Assembly (NCBI GenBank): GCA_015233495.1
Contig: JADFXQ010000015.1
Span: 1 to 37,540 of the forward strand
Direction of reading: 5' to 3'
Length of the DNA: 37,540 bases
Source: Candidatus Omnitrophota bacterium
GTDB lineage: Bacteria > Omnitrophota > Gorgyraeia > Zapsychrales > Zapsychraceae
Part shown: positions 29,218 through 36,805 of the stretch, piece by piece
How the letters are laid out: every line of letters begins with the position of its first letter
Position numbering within the stretch: position 1 is the stretch's first letter
Made by a program: the position numbers and the translations under genes
The notes under the pieces: model-generated
The model's database searches: none
Seen by the model: the letters and a program-made list of their open reading frames with translations, nothing else
What the model was told of the DNA's origin: nothing

Positions 29218-29280
29218 GTAGTCGCCGCGTTTTGAGCGGAGCGAAGCGGCGACGAAGTGTCGTGCCCAGTCAGCACGACC
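29218..29280. mobile_element. 63-nt two-hairpin mini-element, copy B, inserted in the REPIN
   Basis: Absent from 26730-26803; flanked by CC; 7 differences from 25103-25165. Confidence 0.8.
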
Positions 29281-29317
29281 GTCGATATGGCGCGACAGTT
29301 TAACGGGCGCCCACAAG

Positions 29318-29336
29318 CTTGCCTGCCGAAGGCAGG
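29318..29336. mobile_element. 19-nt mini-hairpin insertion CTTGCCTGCCGAAGGCAGG
   Basis: Interrupts the right REP arm relative to 26779-26803; CCTGCC-GAA-GGCAGG hairpin. Confidence 0.6.
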
Positions 29337-29438
29337 GGGCGCCTCTACAAAAAATTGAAATATAAAGAGACAGTTAAAATATAAAACATGAATTCGCGTT
29401 TCACCAATTTTTATTTTAAATTTGCCGCCGATGGCCGC

Positions 29439-29467
29439 TTGACATGCCGTATCAAATATGATACATT
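29439..29467 (+). promoter_or_regulatory. TA operon promoter with operator palindrome
   Basis: TTGACA (29439-29444)-N17-TACATT (29462-29467); GTATCA-N4-TGATAC (29449-29464) overlaps the spacer and -10. Confidence 0.72.
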
Positions 29468-29479
29468 TTAATTGCCAAT

Positions 29480-29861
29480 ATGGGTAGAGATATGCATAGT
29501 TATTATGAAAATTTTCTCGTGTATTCCGGCGATAAATATTCGGTATTCTTTCACGCGGAGGAGCGGGAATCGTCTACGGTCAACGAGTATTACCGGAATT
29601 GCGATGAAGTGACGCGTGCCAGCTTATTATATCTGGTGAAAAGGATCGCGGACATCGGCCATATTTATGATGAAACCAAGTTTCGTATTGAAGACAGACG
29701 GCATAAAATATATTGTTTAAAACCAAGAAAAGAGCGATTTTTTTTGTTTCTTTTTCACCGGACAAAAAATCATCATAACGTCCGGATACACAAAAAAGAA
29801 ACAGAAGCTCGATCGCGATGAACTTAATAAAGCAGTTCAAATACGAGAAGGTTATATTTAG
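29480..29861 (+). pseudogene. RelE/HigB (Gp49-like) toxin with +1 frameshift in a T8 run
   Basis: Removing one T from 29738-29745 gives RFFCFFFTGQKIIITSGYTKKKQKLDRDELNKA..., a Gp49-like C-terminus, ending TAG 29861 next to the antitoxin. Confidence 0.78.
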
Positions 29862-29866
29862 AGGAG

Positions 29867-30148
29867 ATGACTCAAATGCGTAAAGCCATATTCGATCAGG
29901 AAATGGAAAACCCAAAATTCAAGAATATATTCAATGAAGTGTCTGCGAATTTGAATATCGGCGAACAAATTGCGGAATTACGGCATAAAGCAAAAATGAG
30001 CCAGTTAGAACTTGCTCAAAAAGTCAAGACCAGCAGAACGGCAATTGCGCGTTACGAGAGCGGGGATTACGATAGTTTCAATGTGAGGACTCTGACGAGA
30101 ATCGCGCAGGCTTTTCATAAAAATCTGAAAATATCCTTTTCCGCTTAG
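29867..30148 (+). CDS. HigA-like XRE/HTH antitoxin
   Basis: IAELRHKAKMSQLELAQKVKTSRTAIARYESG...TLTRIAQA; GAGGAG RBS; toxin-first order. Confidence 0.88.
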   Translation: MTQMRKAIFDQEMENPKFKNIFNEVSANLNIGEQIAELRHKAKMSQLELAQKVKTSRTAIARYESGDYDSFNVRTLTRIAQAFHKNLKISFSA

Positions 30149-30159
30149 GAGGTTTTGTT

Positions 30160-30489
30160 GTGCTTAAAACAGCAGTTCCGGTAGAACAAATTGTGCGCGA
30201 GGCCATCGAATTTTTGACCCGAACGGTTTCGGTCGATGCGGTTGTCTTGTTTGGTTCGCAAATCTCGGGAGAGGCGGATGAGAGCAGCGACATTGATGTC
30301 GCGGTGATCTCCGACGAACTGGTTCGAATGCCGTTTCGCGAACAGATCAAGCTTTTTTCGCGGGCCATCATGGCGGTTGACGTTCGTCTTGAATTCCATC
30401 TGTATTCTTGCAGTGATTACCTCAACCCGCCGCAAGGGTCATTTTTACGCTTGATTAAAAACACCGGCCGGGTTTTAAAGTTGAATTGA
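30160..30489 (+). CDS. Minimal nucleotidyltransferase (MNT, Pol-beta superfamily)
   Basis: VVLFGSQISGEADESSDIDVAVIS (GS..DxD); AGGAGG RBS, GTG start. Confidence 0.88.
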   Translation: MLKTAVPVEQIVREAIEFLTRTVSVDAVVLFGSQISGEADESSDIDVAVISDELVRMPFREQIKLFSRAIMAVDVRLEFHLYSCSDYLNPPQGSFLRLIKNTGRVLKLN

Positions 30490-30540
30490 TCCCTGGCGGA
30501 AATATTTTCATTCCGGGAAAAAATCTCCGGGTTTATTTTT

Positions 30541-32991
30541 CTACGCGTCTAATTCTTTTCCCGCCGGGAAATCCGCTTGGCTCATGTCGGTCGACGGAGT
30601 GCCGGTTTGTTTCTTTGGTTCTTGCATCCCCATCAATTGCGGCAGACTCACCGGCACGGGCGCGTACAAAACCGGGATCACGCCCTGGAATTGGATTGTG
30701 TCCCAGGTTTTGCCCTCAATCGGCGAAGAAACGCCGTTGCCGTCCACAGTCACCTGCAAATCCAATTGTCTCGGGTCCAGATTGATCCCGCCGAGTTGGT
30801 TGACCGGACTGGCGGATTTTGGACTCTGGTTGAGATTTTGTATTGCTTGCTCAATCCTTCTTCTTTCCTGAATATTTAATGGGGTAATTGCTTGTAAAGC
30901 GGCAATTGCGCGTGGGCCGCCAATATTTTCAAGAGCTCCGATAATGTTAGCTCGAACTCCTTCTGAATATTCTGGCTCCAGGCGATCCTGCAAGGGTTGG
31001 ATAGCCGTTATTGCTCCCATTTGGCCTAAAGCAAATGCAACCTGTTCACGGACTGGGAAATAATCATCATGGAGAAGCGGGGTTAACGCAGAAACAATTC
31101 TGCCAAAATAACCTTGAGGGAGATCATTTTCTCGACCTAAGAAATAGGCGGCCATTTCACGTTTATTAAGATCTTGATCTGCCAATTGGGCGATCCATTG
31201 GTCAATTTTAGCGGGAGACGCGGAAACATTATTTTCGTTAATTTCTCCGACACCAGCCGGCGATGAAGCGGCAGAGAGATAATTTTCGAAAACATTTTTA
31301 GAATAAAAATCCTGATCGTATATTCCTTCAATATATTCTATCGCATAGTTCGCGACTTCTCGGACCTGTATGCTATCATGTTGTGTCAATTGCCTTAACG
31401 CGGGGATGGCAGTTTCACTGCCGATCATTCCCAATGCCCAGGCGCCGGCCATAAGCTCTTCTGGCAGATGCCTCGATTGAATATAAGATATTAAATGTTC
31501 CGAGGCGCGATTTTCCTGACAAAAACCAAAAATGATCACGGTATTTCGACGCACAGTAATGCGTTGGTCATTTAATCCAGCAACAAGACTTTCAAAAGCG
31601 GCTTCAAACTCGGCAAACAACAAATCAGCGCCCGGTTCGTTTCGGGTGGACATTTCATAGGCCAAATAAGCCATTTCGGCGAGACTTTCAGAATATGCAG
31701 GAGAATGTGTGCGTGCAAAATACCGGAGTGTTTGATTGAGTTGCATTTTAAGTTGATTTGGACTTTTTGTCAGTCGAGTAGCGATGTGGGGAGGGGCATC
31801 ATCTCCTGGAAGTTGGTGTTTGAAATCAGAGGTAAAACGATCTGTTGGTGAAATCATAGAATGATGGGCATTAACAGCTTGATCGACTTCAGCCGGATTT
31901 GCGGCAGTTCCGGTGAGGAGTAATCTGACAGTCTCCATTATTTCATATCCGGCGATGGGTGTTACCGCTGGACTGCCTGCCACAGTTAAACGCACCGGGC
32001 CGGTAATTCCGCCGGAAAAATATTGCCGGGACATGATGTCACCGGTCACGTCTTCTTCGTCTTTAATGAATTTGAACACGCCGTCGCGGGCAGATTGGAG
32101 ATATTTTTCGTAAATGGCTTCTTTGCCTACGCCGTCGGTGAATCCGACGCCTGTGGTTTTGTTTTGGTCGGCGTAGCCTTTGCCTAAGACGCTGTTTTTC
32201 AGCCGGGTTTTATACCAGGCGGCAAGGATCATGGCCGCGTAGATTTGGCGCAATTTGGCAAAATTTTGGCCGGCGTTGACTTCCTGTTTGATGGCGGGGA
32301 TCAATGTGTCGCGGTAGATTTGCAGGACTTTTTGATCGAAATTTATTTTGCTATCGTGGGCGCCCCTTGTGGGCGCCCGTCCCGGTTCCGCCATTTGATA
32401 ATCTTTTTCCATCATCACTTTGAGATGGCTTTTAAGAATGATGACTTTGCCGTCTTTTTCCCAGATATGCGCTTGCGCGGGGACGATCCAGACGCGGTTC
32501 AAGGTTTCGACGGCCGCATCGCGATTGCCTAATTCTTTTTCCGCTAAATCATAGATTTTCGACCATAATTGTTTGCCGACCGCGGAATCCGGGTGATGCA
32601 ACGACGCGGTCAATTGTTTTAAGACATAATCTTCCGCCAACAGATCGCGGCCCATGGCGGTTTTGCTCAAGCCCGCCGGGATAATCCGGTTTTTTTCTTT
32701 TGGCGAGAGATTGACCCAGAGTTCATTTTCCGGCACGGTCAGGGAAGCTAAAAAATATTTGACAGCTTTGTCCGCTTCCTGGCGCAAGGCTTCACCGGAA
32801 ACTTTGTCTGTGCCGGTGTCAAAAATAAAATCAAAGCGCAGAGGGTCTTGGGCATTGATGACCATGCCTTTGAGAATAACGGGCGTGTATGCGCCAGTCA
32901 TCCCGATTATCTGGCCCGGCAAAGGCAAATTGTGGATGAACGCGCCTTGGCCGAAACTGACCCCGGGGTTTAAAATAAGGGAAGCTGCCAA
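30541..32991 (-). CDS. Large, probably exported modular protein with HEAT-repeat modules (true start probably upstream, see findings)
   Basis: 816-aa ORF; HEAT-like units (AWALGMIG...VREVANYAI; VREQVAFALGQMG; VRANIIGALENIG); S-A/S-S-P linkers; C-terminal GGINLDP..LDLQV..DGNG. Confidence 0.85.
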   Translation of the reverse strand: MAASLILNPGVSFGQGAFIHNLPLPGQIIGMTGAYTPVILKGMVINAQDPLRFDFIFDTGTDKVSGEALRQEADKAVKYFLASLTVPENELWVNLSPKEKNRIIPAGLSKTAMGRDLLAEDYVLKQLTASLHHPDSAVGKQLWSKIYDLAEKELGNRDAAVETLNRVWIVPAQAHIWEKDGKVIILKSHLKVMMEKDYQMAEPGRAPTRGAHDSKINFDQKVLQIYRDTLIPAIKQEVNAGQNFAKLRQIYAAMILAAWYKTRLKNSVLGKGYADQNKTTGVGFTDGVGKEAIYEKYLQSARDGVFKFIKDEEDVTGDIMSRQYFSGGITGPVRLTVAGSPAVTPIAGYEIMETVRLLLTGTAANPAEVDQAVNAHHSMISPTDRFTSDFKHQLPGDDAPPHIATRLTKSPNQLKMQLNQTLRYFARTHSPAYSESLAEMAYLAYEMSTRNEPGADLLFAEFEAAFESLVAGLNDQRITVRRNTVIIFGFCQENRASEHLISYIQSRHLPEELMAGAWALGMIGSETAIPALRQLTQHDSIQVREVANYAIEYIEGIYDQDFYSKNVFENYLSAASSPAGVGEINENNVSASPAKIDQWIAQLADQDLNKREMAAYFLGRENDLPQGYFGRIVSALTPLLHDDYFPVREQVAFALGQMGAITAIQPLQDRLEPEYSEGVRANIIGALENIGGPRAIAALQAITPLNIQERRRIEQAIQNLNQSPKSASPVNQLGGINLDPRQLDLQVTVDGNGVSSPIEGKTWDTIQFQGVIPVLYAPVPVSLPQLMGMQEPKKQTGTPSTDMSQADFPAGKELDA
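32358..32381. repeat. Single REP arm embedded in-frame in the 816-aa CDS
   Basis: GGGCGCCCCTTGTGGGCGCCCGTC identical to 26734-26757; read as GRAPTRGAH on the minus strand. Confidence 0.85.
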
Positions 32992-33086
32992 AATGGATGA
33001 CAGGGTTTTACGCAGTTGGGGTAATACGCATGAAGTGAACTTCGGGATCTCCTGGTAATAAAATTGTAAATGTTTTGCCGGTGCCG

Positions 33087-33191
33087 TGGGGCGTCCTTCG
33101 CAGACTGGGACGAATGCCCTATTTTTGAAATTTTAAAAAAAATTTAAGGGAAAAAATTGCCCAAGTGTCCCAGTCTGCTCGTGGCGCCCCA
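33087..33191. repeat. Long imperfect hairpin in a divergent intergenic region
   Basis: TGGGGCG/CGCCCCA and GCAGACTGGGAC/GTCCCAGTCTGC arms around an AT-rich centre. Confidence 0.75.
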
Positions 33192-33310
33192 TACAAAAAG
33201 TTCAAAAAGTTAAAATATGTAAAGGCAGCGAAAGTATAAAACAGAAATTCACGTTTTGCCAATTTTTATTTTCTTATGGATTTTTAAAAAACCCTCTCTA
33301 TAATTGGTTT

Positions 33311-34654
33311 ATGCAAATTGTCTGTTTACATAGGGATTCCTTCTTTTTTAAGAAATGGACGTTAATCATGACTGCCGGCGCGGTTCTGCTTTTACCGACG
33401 GGATGCGCGTCGGACGGCAGATTGACGCCGGGAGCGAAAATCAGCGTAAGCGCAGTCCCGGCAAAGACTTTAGCGCCGGCCAAATCTTCCCAGGATGTCC
33501 ATCAAACCTACATTGATTTCTTCGAGCAGGTTTATAAAAAGATGGATGAGAATTATTATCAACCGGTATCGCGGGATAAGTTCAACGCTTTTATCGAAAA
33601 ATTCAACACAAAAATTTACGCCAAACTAAAAGACGAAGCAAAATCCGATGATTATATTCGCTGGCGCAGCGCGGCGTTGTTGGTAGACGCTTTGAAAACT
33701 AGCGAAGATATTTTTTCCGGATTTTTTCCGCCGGAGCCGGCCAAACATTACGCCCAGACTGCTTTGGGGCAAAGAATCGATTTGGGAATCGAAGGCCGTG
33801 TAACCGATAAAGGATATGAAACTACCCAGGTCGAACCGCGTTCCGACGCTTATCAGAACGGCCTGCGGATCGGGGATGTGCTGTTGCAAATCGACGCGGC
33901 ACAGGTCAAAACCCTGAAAGAGAAAGAGATCGCTGACCGGCTGACGCCTTTGGCCGGGTCGAAAGTAAAATTGGAATTCGCGGCAACCGCGGAAAATACG
34001 GTTAAAACGATTACGGTGGTCAGCCGGGAATATTTCCGCCAAGCGGTTTTTCAGATGAATATTCCCATCGCCGGGATTTATGGACTGCAGATCAAGCAGT
34101 TCAACCGGGTCACGGGCGACGATGTTGCGCGGTTTTTAGCGTATTTTCATCAATTGGGCGAAATCCGCGGTCTGGTGCTGGATTTGCGTGGCAATCCCGG
34201 CGGCCCGCCTTTAGCGGCGCGGGAGTTGGCCGGATTTTTTCTCAAGACGGGCGAAGATTTTGCTTATTTTCACAAAAAAGGACAGCCGCCGGCGATGCTG
34301 GATGTCCCGGCGATTCCGGCGCAGTTTAAATTCGACGGTCCGTTGGTGATTTTGATTGACAAAGACAGCGGCAGCGCGACGGAATTATTTTCCGGGGTGA
34401 TGCGGTATCGCGGCCGGGCGGTTTTGATGGGGACGAATTCCGCCGGGCAAGTTATGCTCAAGAGTATGTTTTCGTTTGACGACGGTTCGATGGTCTTGTT
34501 GATTACTTCGCGCGGCCATTATCCCGACGGCAGACCGTTTCCGTTTGGCGGGTTGACCCCGGACCGGAGTATAGCGCAGATGGAGGGCGCGGATCCCGTG
34601 AAACAGGCGGCAATTTATCTGATTTATCTCTATAAAAAAACCAACGGTTTATGA
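33311..34654 (+). CDS. S41 (Ctp/Prc-like) peptidase with PDZ domain, probable lipoprotein; start uncertain
   Basis: LLLPTGC lipobox-like, LGI...SDAYQNGLRIGD PDZ, LDLRGNPGG, SGSATELF. Confidence 0.85.
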   Translation: MQIVCLHRDSFFFKKWTLIMTAGAVLLLPTGCASDGRLTPGAKISVSAVPAKTLAPAKSSQDVHQTYIDFFEQVYKKMDENYYQPVSRDKFNAFIEKFNTKIYAKLKDEAKSDDYIRWRSAALLVDALKTSEDIFSGFFPPEPAKHYAQTALGQRIDLGIEGRVTDKGYETTQVEPRSDAYQNGLRIGDVLLQIDAAQVKTLKEKEIADRLTPLAGSKVKLEFAATAENTVKTITVVSREYFRQAVFQMNIPIAGIYGLQIKQFNRVTGDDVARFLAYFHQLGEIRGLVLDLRGNPGGPPLAARELAGFFLKTGEDFAYFHKKGQPPAMLDVPAIPAQFKFDGPLVILIDKDSGSATELFSGVMRYRGRAVLMGTNSAGQVMLKSMFSFDDGSMVLLITSRGHYPDGRPFPFGGLTPDRSIAQMEGADPVKQAAIYLIYLYKKTNGL

Positions 34655-35373
34655 TGCGCGGCACGGATAAAATTTTATTCATTGTCCCGGCTTACAACGA
34701 AGCATCGTCCGTCGGATCGACGGTAGAAGAAATTATTCGTTTATATCCAACCGCCGATGTCGTCGTGATAGATGACGGGTCAATAGATGCCACCGCGCAG
34801 GTCACGGCCGCGGCCGGGGCAAAAGCCTTGGTCTTGCCGTTCAATTTAGGGATCGGCGCTGCCGTGCAGACCGGGTTTAAATTCGCGGCGGAATTCGGCT
34901 ATCTTTTCGTAGTGCGCGTCGATGGCGATGGCCAGCACGACCCGCAATATGCCGCGGATTTGCTTGGGCCGATTCTCGCCGGGGAAGCGGATGTGGCTAC
35001 GGGAAGCCGTTTTTTGCCTCCGAACACCGGATATCGTTCCTCGTTTATCCGGCGGATCGGGATCAATTTTTTTGCCGGATTGCTCAGCCGTTTAACCGCC
35101 GCGAAAATTACGGATCCCACGTCGGGTTTCCAGGCGTTTAACGCGAAGGCGATCGGCGTGTTCGCGGCGTATTATCCGGATGATTTTCCCGAGCCGGAGG
35201 CGATTGCCGTCATGAGCCGTTATGGACTGCGGCTGCGGGAAGTGCCGGTGCGTATGCGGCAACGCTCGACGGGCGTGAGCTCGATCCGCTATTTGAAAAC
35301 TTTTTATTACATGGTGAAAGTGACCTGCGCCATTTTGTTGGATAAACTAAAACGCCGGGCCAATGAAGCTTAG
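34651..35373 (+). CDS. Glycosyltransferase family 2 (DPM1/GacI-like)
   Basis: IVPAYNE, IDDGS.D.T, NLGIG.A, VDGDGQHDP, GSRF, DPTSGF. Confidence 0.93.
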   Translation: MMRGTDKILFIVPAYNEASSVGSTVEEIIRLYPTADVVVIDDGSIDATAQVTAAAGAKALVLPFNLGIGAAVQTGFKFAAEFGYLFVVRVDGDGQHDPQYAADLLGPILAGEADVATGSRFLPPNTGYRSSFIRRIGINFFAGLLSRLTAAKITDPTSGFQAFNAKAIGVFAAYYPDDFPEPEAIAVMSRYGLRLREVPVRMRQRSTGVSSIRYLKTFYYMVKVTCAILLDKLKRRANEA

Positions 35374-35398
35374 AGCCTTGAGCCTTGAACCTCGAGCC
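35373..35398. repeat. Short heptamer tandem array (GAGCCTT)n
   Basis: GAGCCTT GAGCCTT GAACCTC GAGCC between the GT2 and DUF2304 genes. Confidence 0.6.
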
Positions 35399-35403
35399 GA
35401 TTT

Positions 35404-35781
35404 ATGACCGCTAAATTTTTAGCAATTCTTTTGTCTTGCGCGCTTTTGGGCGTGGTGATTGACCTGGTCCGTAGAGAAAAACTACTTTTCCATTACGCGG
35501 CCGGTTGGCTGGCGGTAGGGTTGGCGGCGTTATTTTTCGCGATTTTCGACGGATTGTTGGGTCGAGTGGCGGTTTTTTGCGGTTTTATTTTGGTGAGCAA
35601 TTTTGTTTTTTTCGCGTTGTTGGGGGCTTTGGTCAGTTTAAGCCTGGGGATGACGATTTTTCTTTGCCGGCAGAACAAGCGCAACAACCAGATGGCGCAA
35701 AAGATCGCGATCCTCGAATATGAGTTACAACAATTGAGCCAACAGCGTACCGTCCAAAGCGGACAGGAAACCAGCAAATGA
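35404..35781 (+). CDS. DUF2304-family membrane protein (GacJ-like GT2 partner)
   Basis: LVRREKL...YA..W, three TM segments, C-terminal AQKIAILE; follows GT2. Confidence 0.82.
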   Translation: MTAKFLAILLSCALLGVVIDLVRREKLLFHYAAGWLAVGLAALFFAIFDGLLGRVAVFCGFILVSNFVFFALLGALVSLSLGMTIFLCRQNKRNNQMAQKIAILEYELQQLSQQRTVQSGQETSK

Positions 35782-36665
35782 AAATCAGGACATCCGCCAA
35801 AGATCTCGGATATTATTCCATTTTGGGTTTTGACCAGGAACCTTTTGCGACCAGCCCGGATCCGGAATTTTTTTATCCCACCCTCCAGCATGAATCGGTT
35901 TTGACCAATCTGTTGATTGAGTTGCGATTGCGCCGCGGGTTATCGGTCGTGTTAGGGGATGTCGGCACCGGGAAAACCACGCTTTGCCGCAAAATGCTGC
36001 ATGAATTAAACAAACGCGGCGACATGATTTTTCACATGATCCTCAATCCGGCTTTTAACAACGAAGGCCAATTTCTGGCTTCCTTGGCGCGGAATTTTGA
36101 TATTGATCTGCCCCGAGGCATGGATTTAAACAATGCCGACATTATGGATTTACGGGATATGATTGAACAGTTCCTCATCCAAAAAACTTTGGAAGAGGAG
36201 CGGACCATCACCTTGGTTATCGACGAGGCGCAGAAATTGGATTTGACCACGTTAGAAACACTGCGGATTTTGTTGAATTTTGAAACCAATGATCACAAGT
36301 TGATCCAATTGGTTCTGTTCGGCCAATTGGAGCTTTACGCCAAGGTGATCCATATGGCGAATTTTCTGGACCGGATCAGTTATAAATTTACGCTCAATCC
36401 GCTAGACGCGGGCGAGACCAAGGAATTAATTGAATTCCGGTTGGGACGCGCCGGTTACCGGGGAGGTCATCGGCTGTTTTTGGATGAGGCCTATGGAGAA
36501 ATTTATAACTATACGCGCGGGTATCCGCGCAAAATCAATATGCTTTGCCATAAACTGTTAAAAGAGTTGGTGATGCAGAATCAGCAGATTGTGGATCGGG
36601 TTTTGGTGGGCGTGGTTATCGCGCGGGAAAATCAAGGCCTGCCGGAAAATTTTGTAAAAATTTAA
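35778..36665 (+). CDS. ExeA/GspA-family AAA ATPase (ATPase domain only)
   Basis: YY..LGF..EPF..SPDPEFFY, GDVGTGKTTL, IDEAQ, LFGQ.EL, GYPRKIN.LC. Confidence 0.9.
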   Translation: MKIRTSAKDLGYYSILGFDQEPFATSPDPEFFYPTLQHESVLTNLLIELRLRRGLSVVLGDVGTGKTTLCRKMLHELNKRGDMIFHMILNPAFNNEGQFLASLARNFDIDLPRGMDLNNADIMDLRDMIEQFLIQKTLEEERTITLVIDEAQKLDLTTLETLRILLNFETNDHKLIQLVLFGQLELYAKVIHMANFLDRISYKFTLNPLDAGETKELIEFRLGRAGYRGGHRLFLDEAYGEIYNYTRGYPRKINMLCHKLLKELVMQNQQIVDRVLVGVVIARENQGLPENFVKI

Positions 36666-36805
36666 CGGCGGTATCCGGGTTGCAAATTTTTTAAAAAAAT
36701 GGCGCTTTTCAGCCGATTTATCGTCGACAAATATGGCTGCCAAAAAAAAATTAAAAAAAATTAATTTTGTCTTGCAGTCTTTAGTCCCGCATATAGAATG
36801 ACACT

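Larger units (their letters stand above)
29193..29348. repeat. GTAG REPIN copy carrying two nested insertions
   Basis: Arms and spacer (GTCG..TGGCGCGAC...AACGGGCGCCCAC) align with 26730-26803 once 29218-29280 and 29318-29336 are removed. Confidence 0.88.

Noticed and set aside
21920..30489. Genomic island or prophage integrated at tRNA-Arg
   Set aside because: No integrase, no duplicated tRNA 3' end seen, and downstream genes are core gcv genes.
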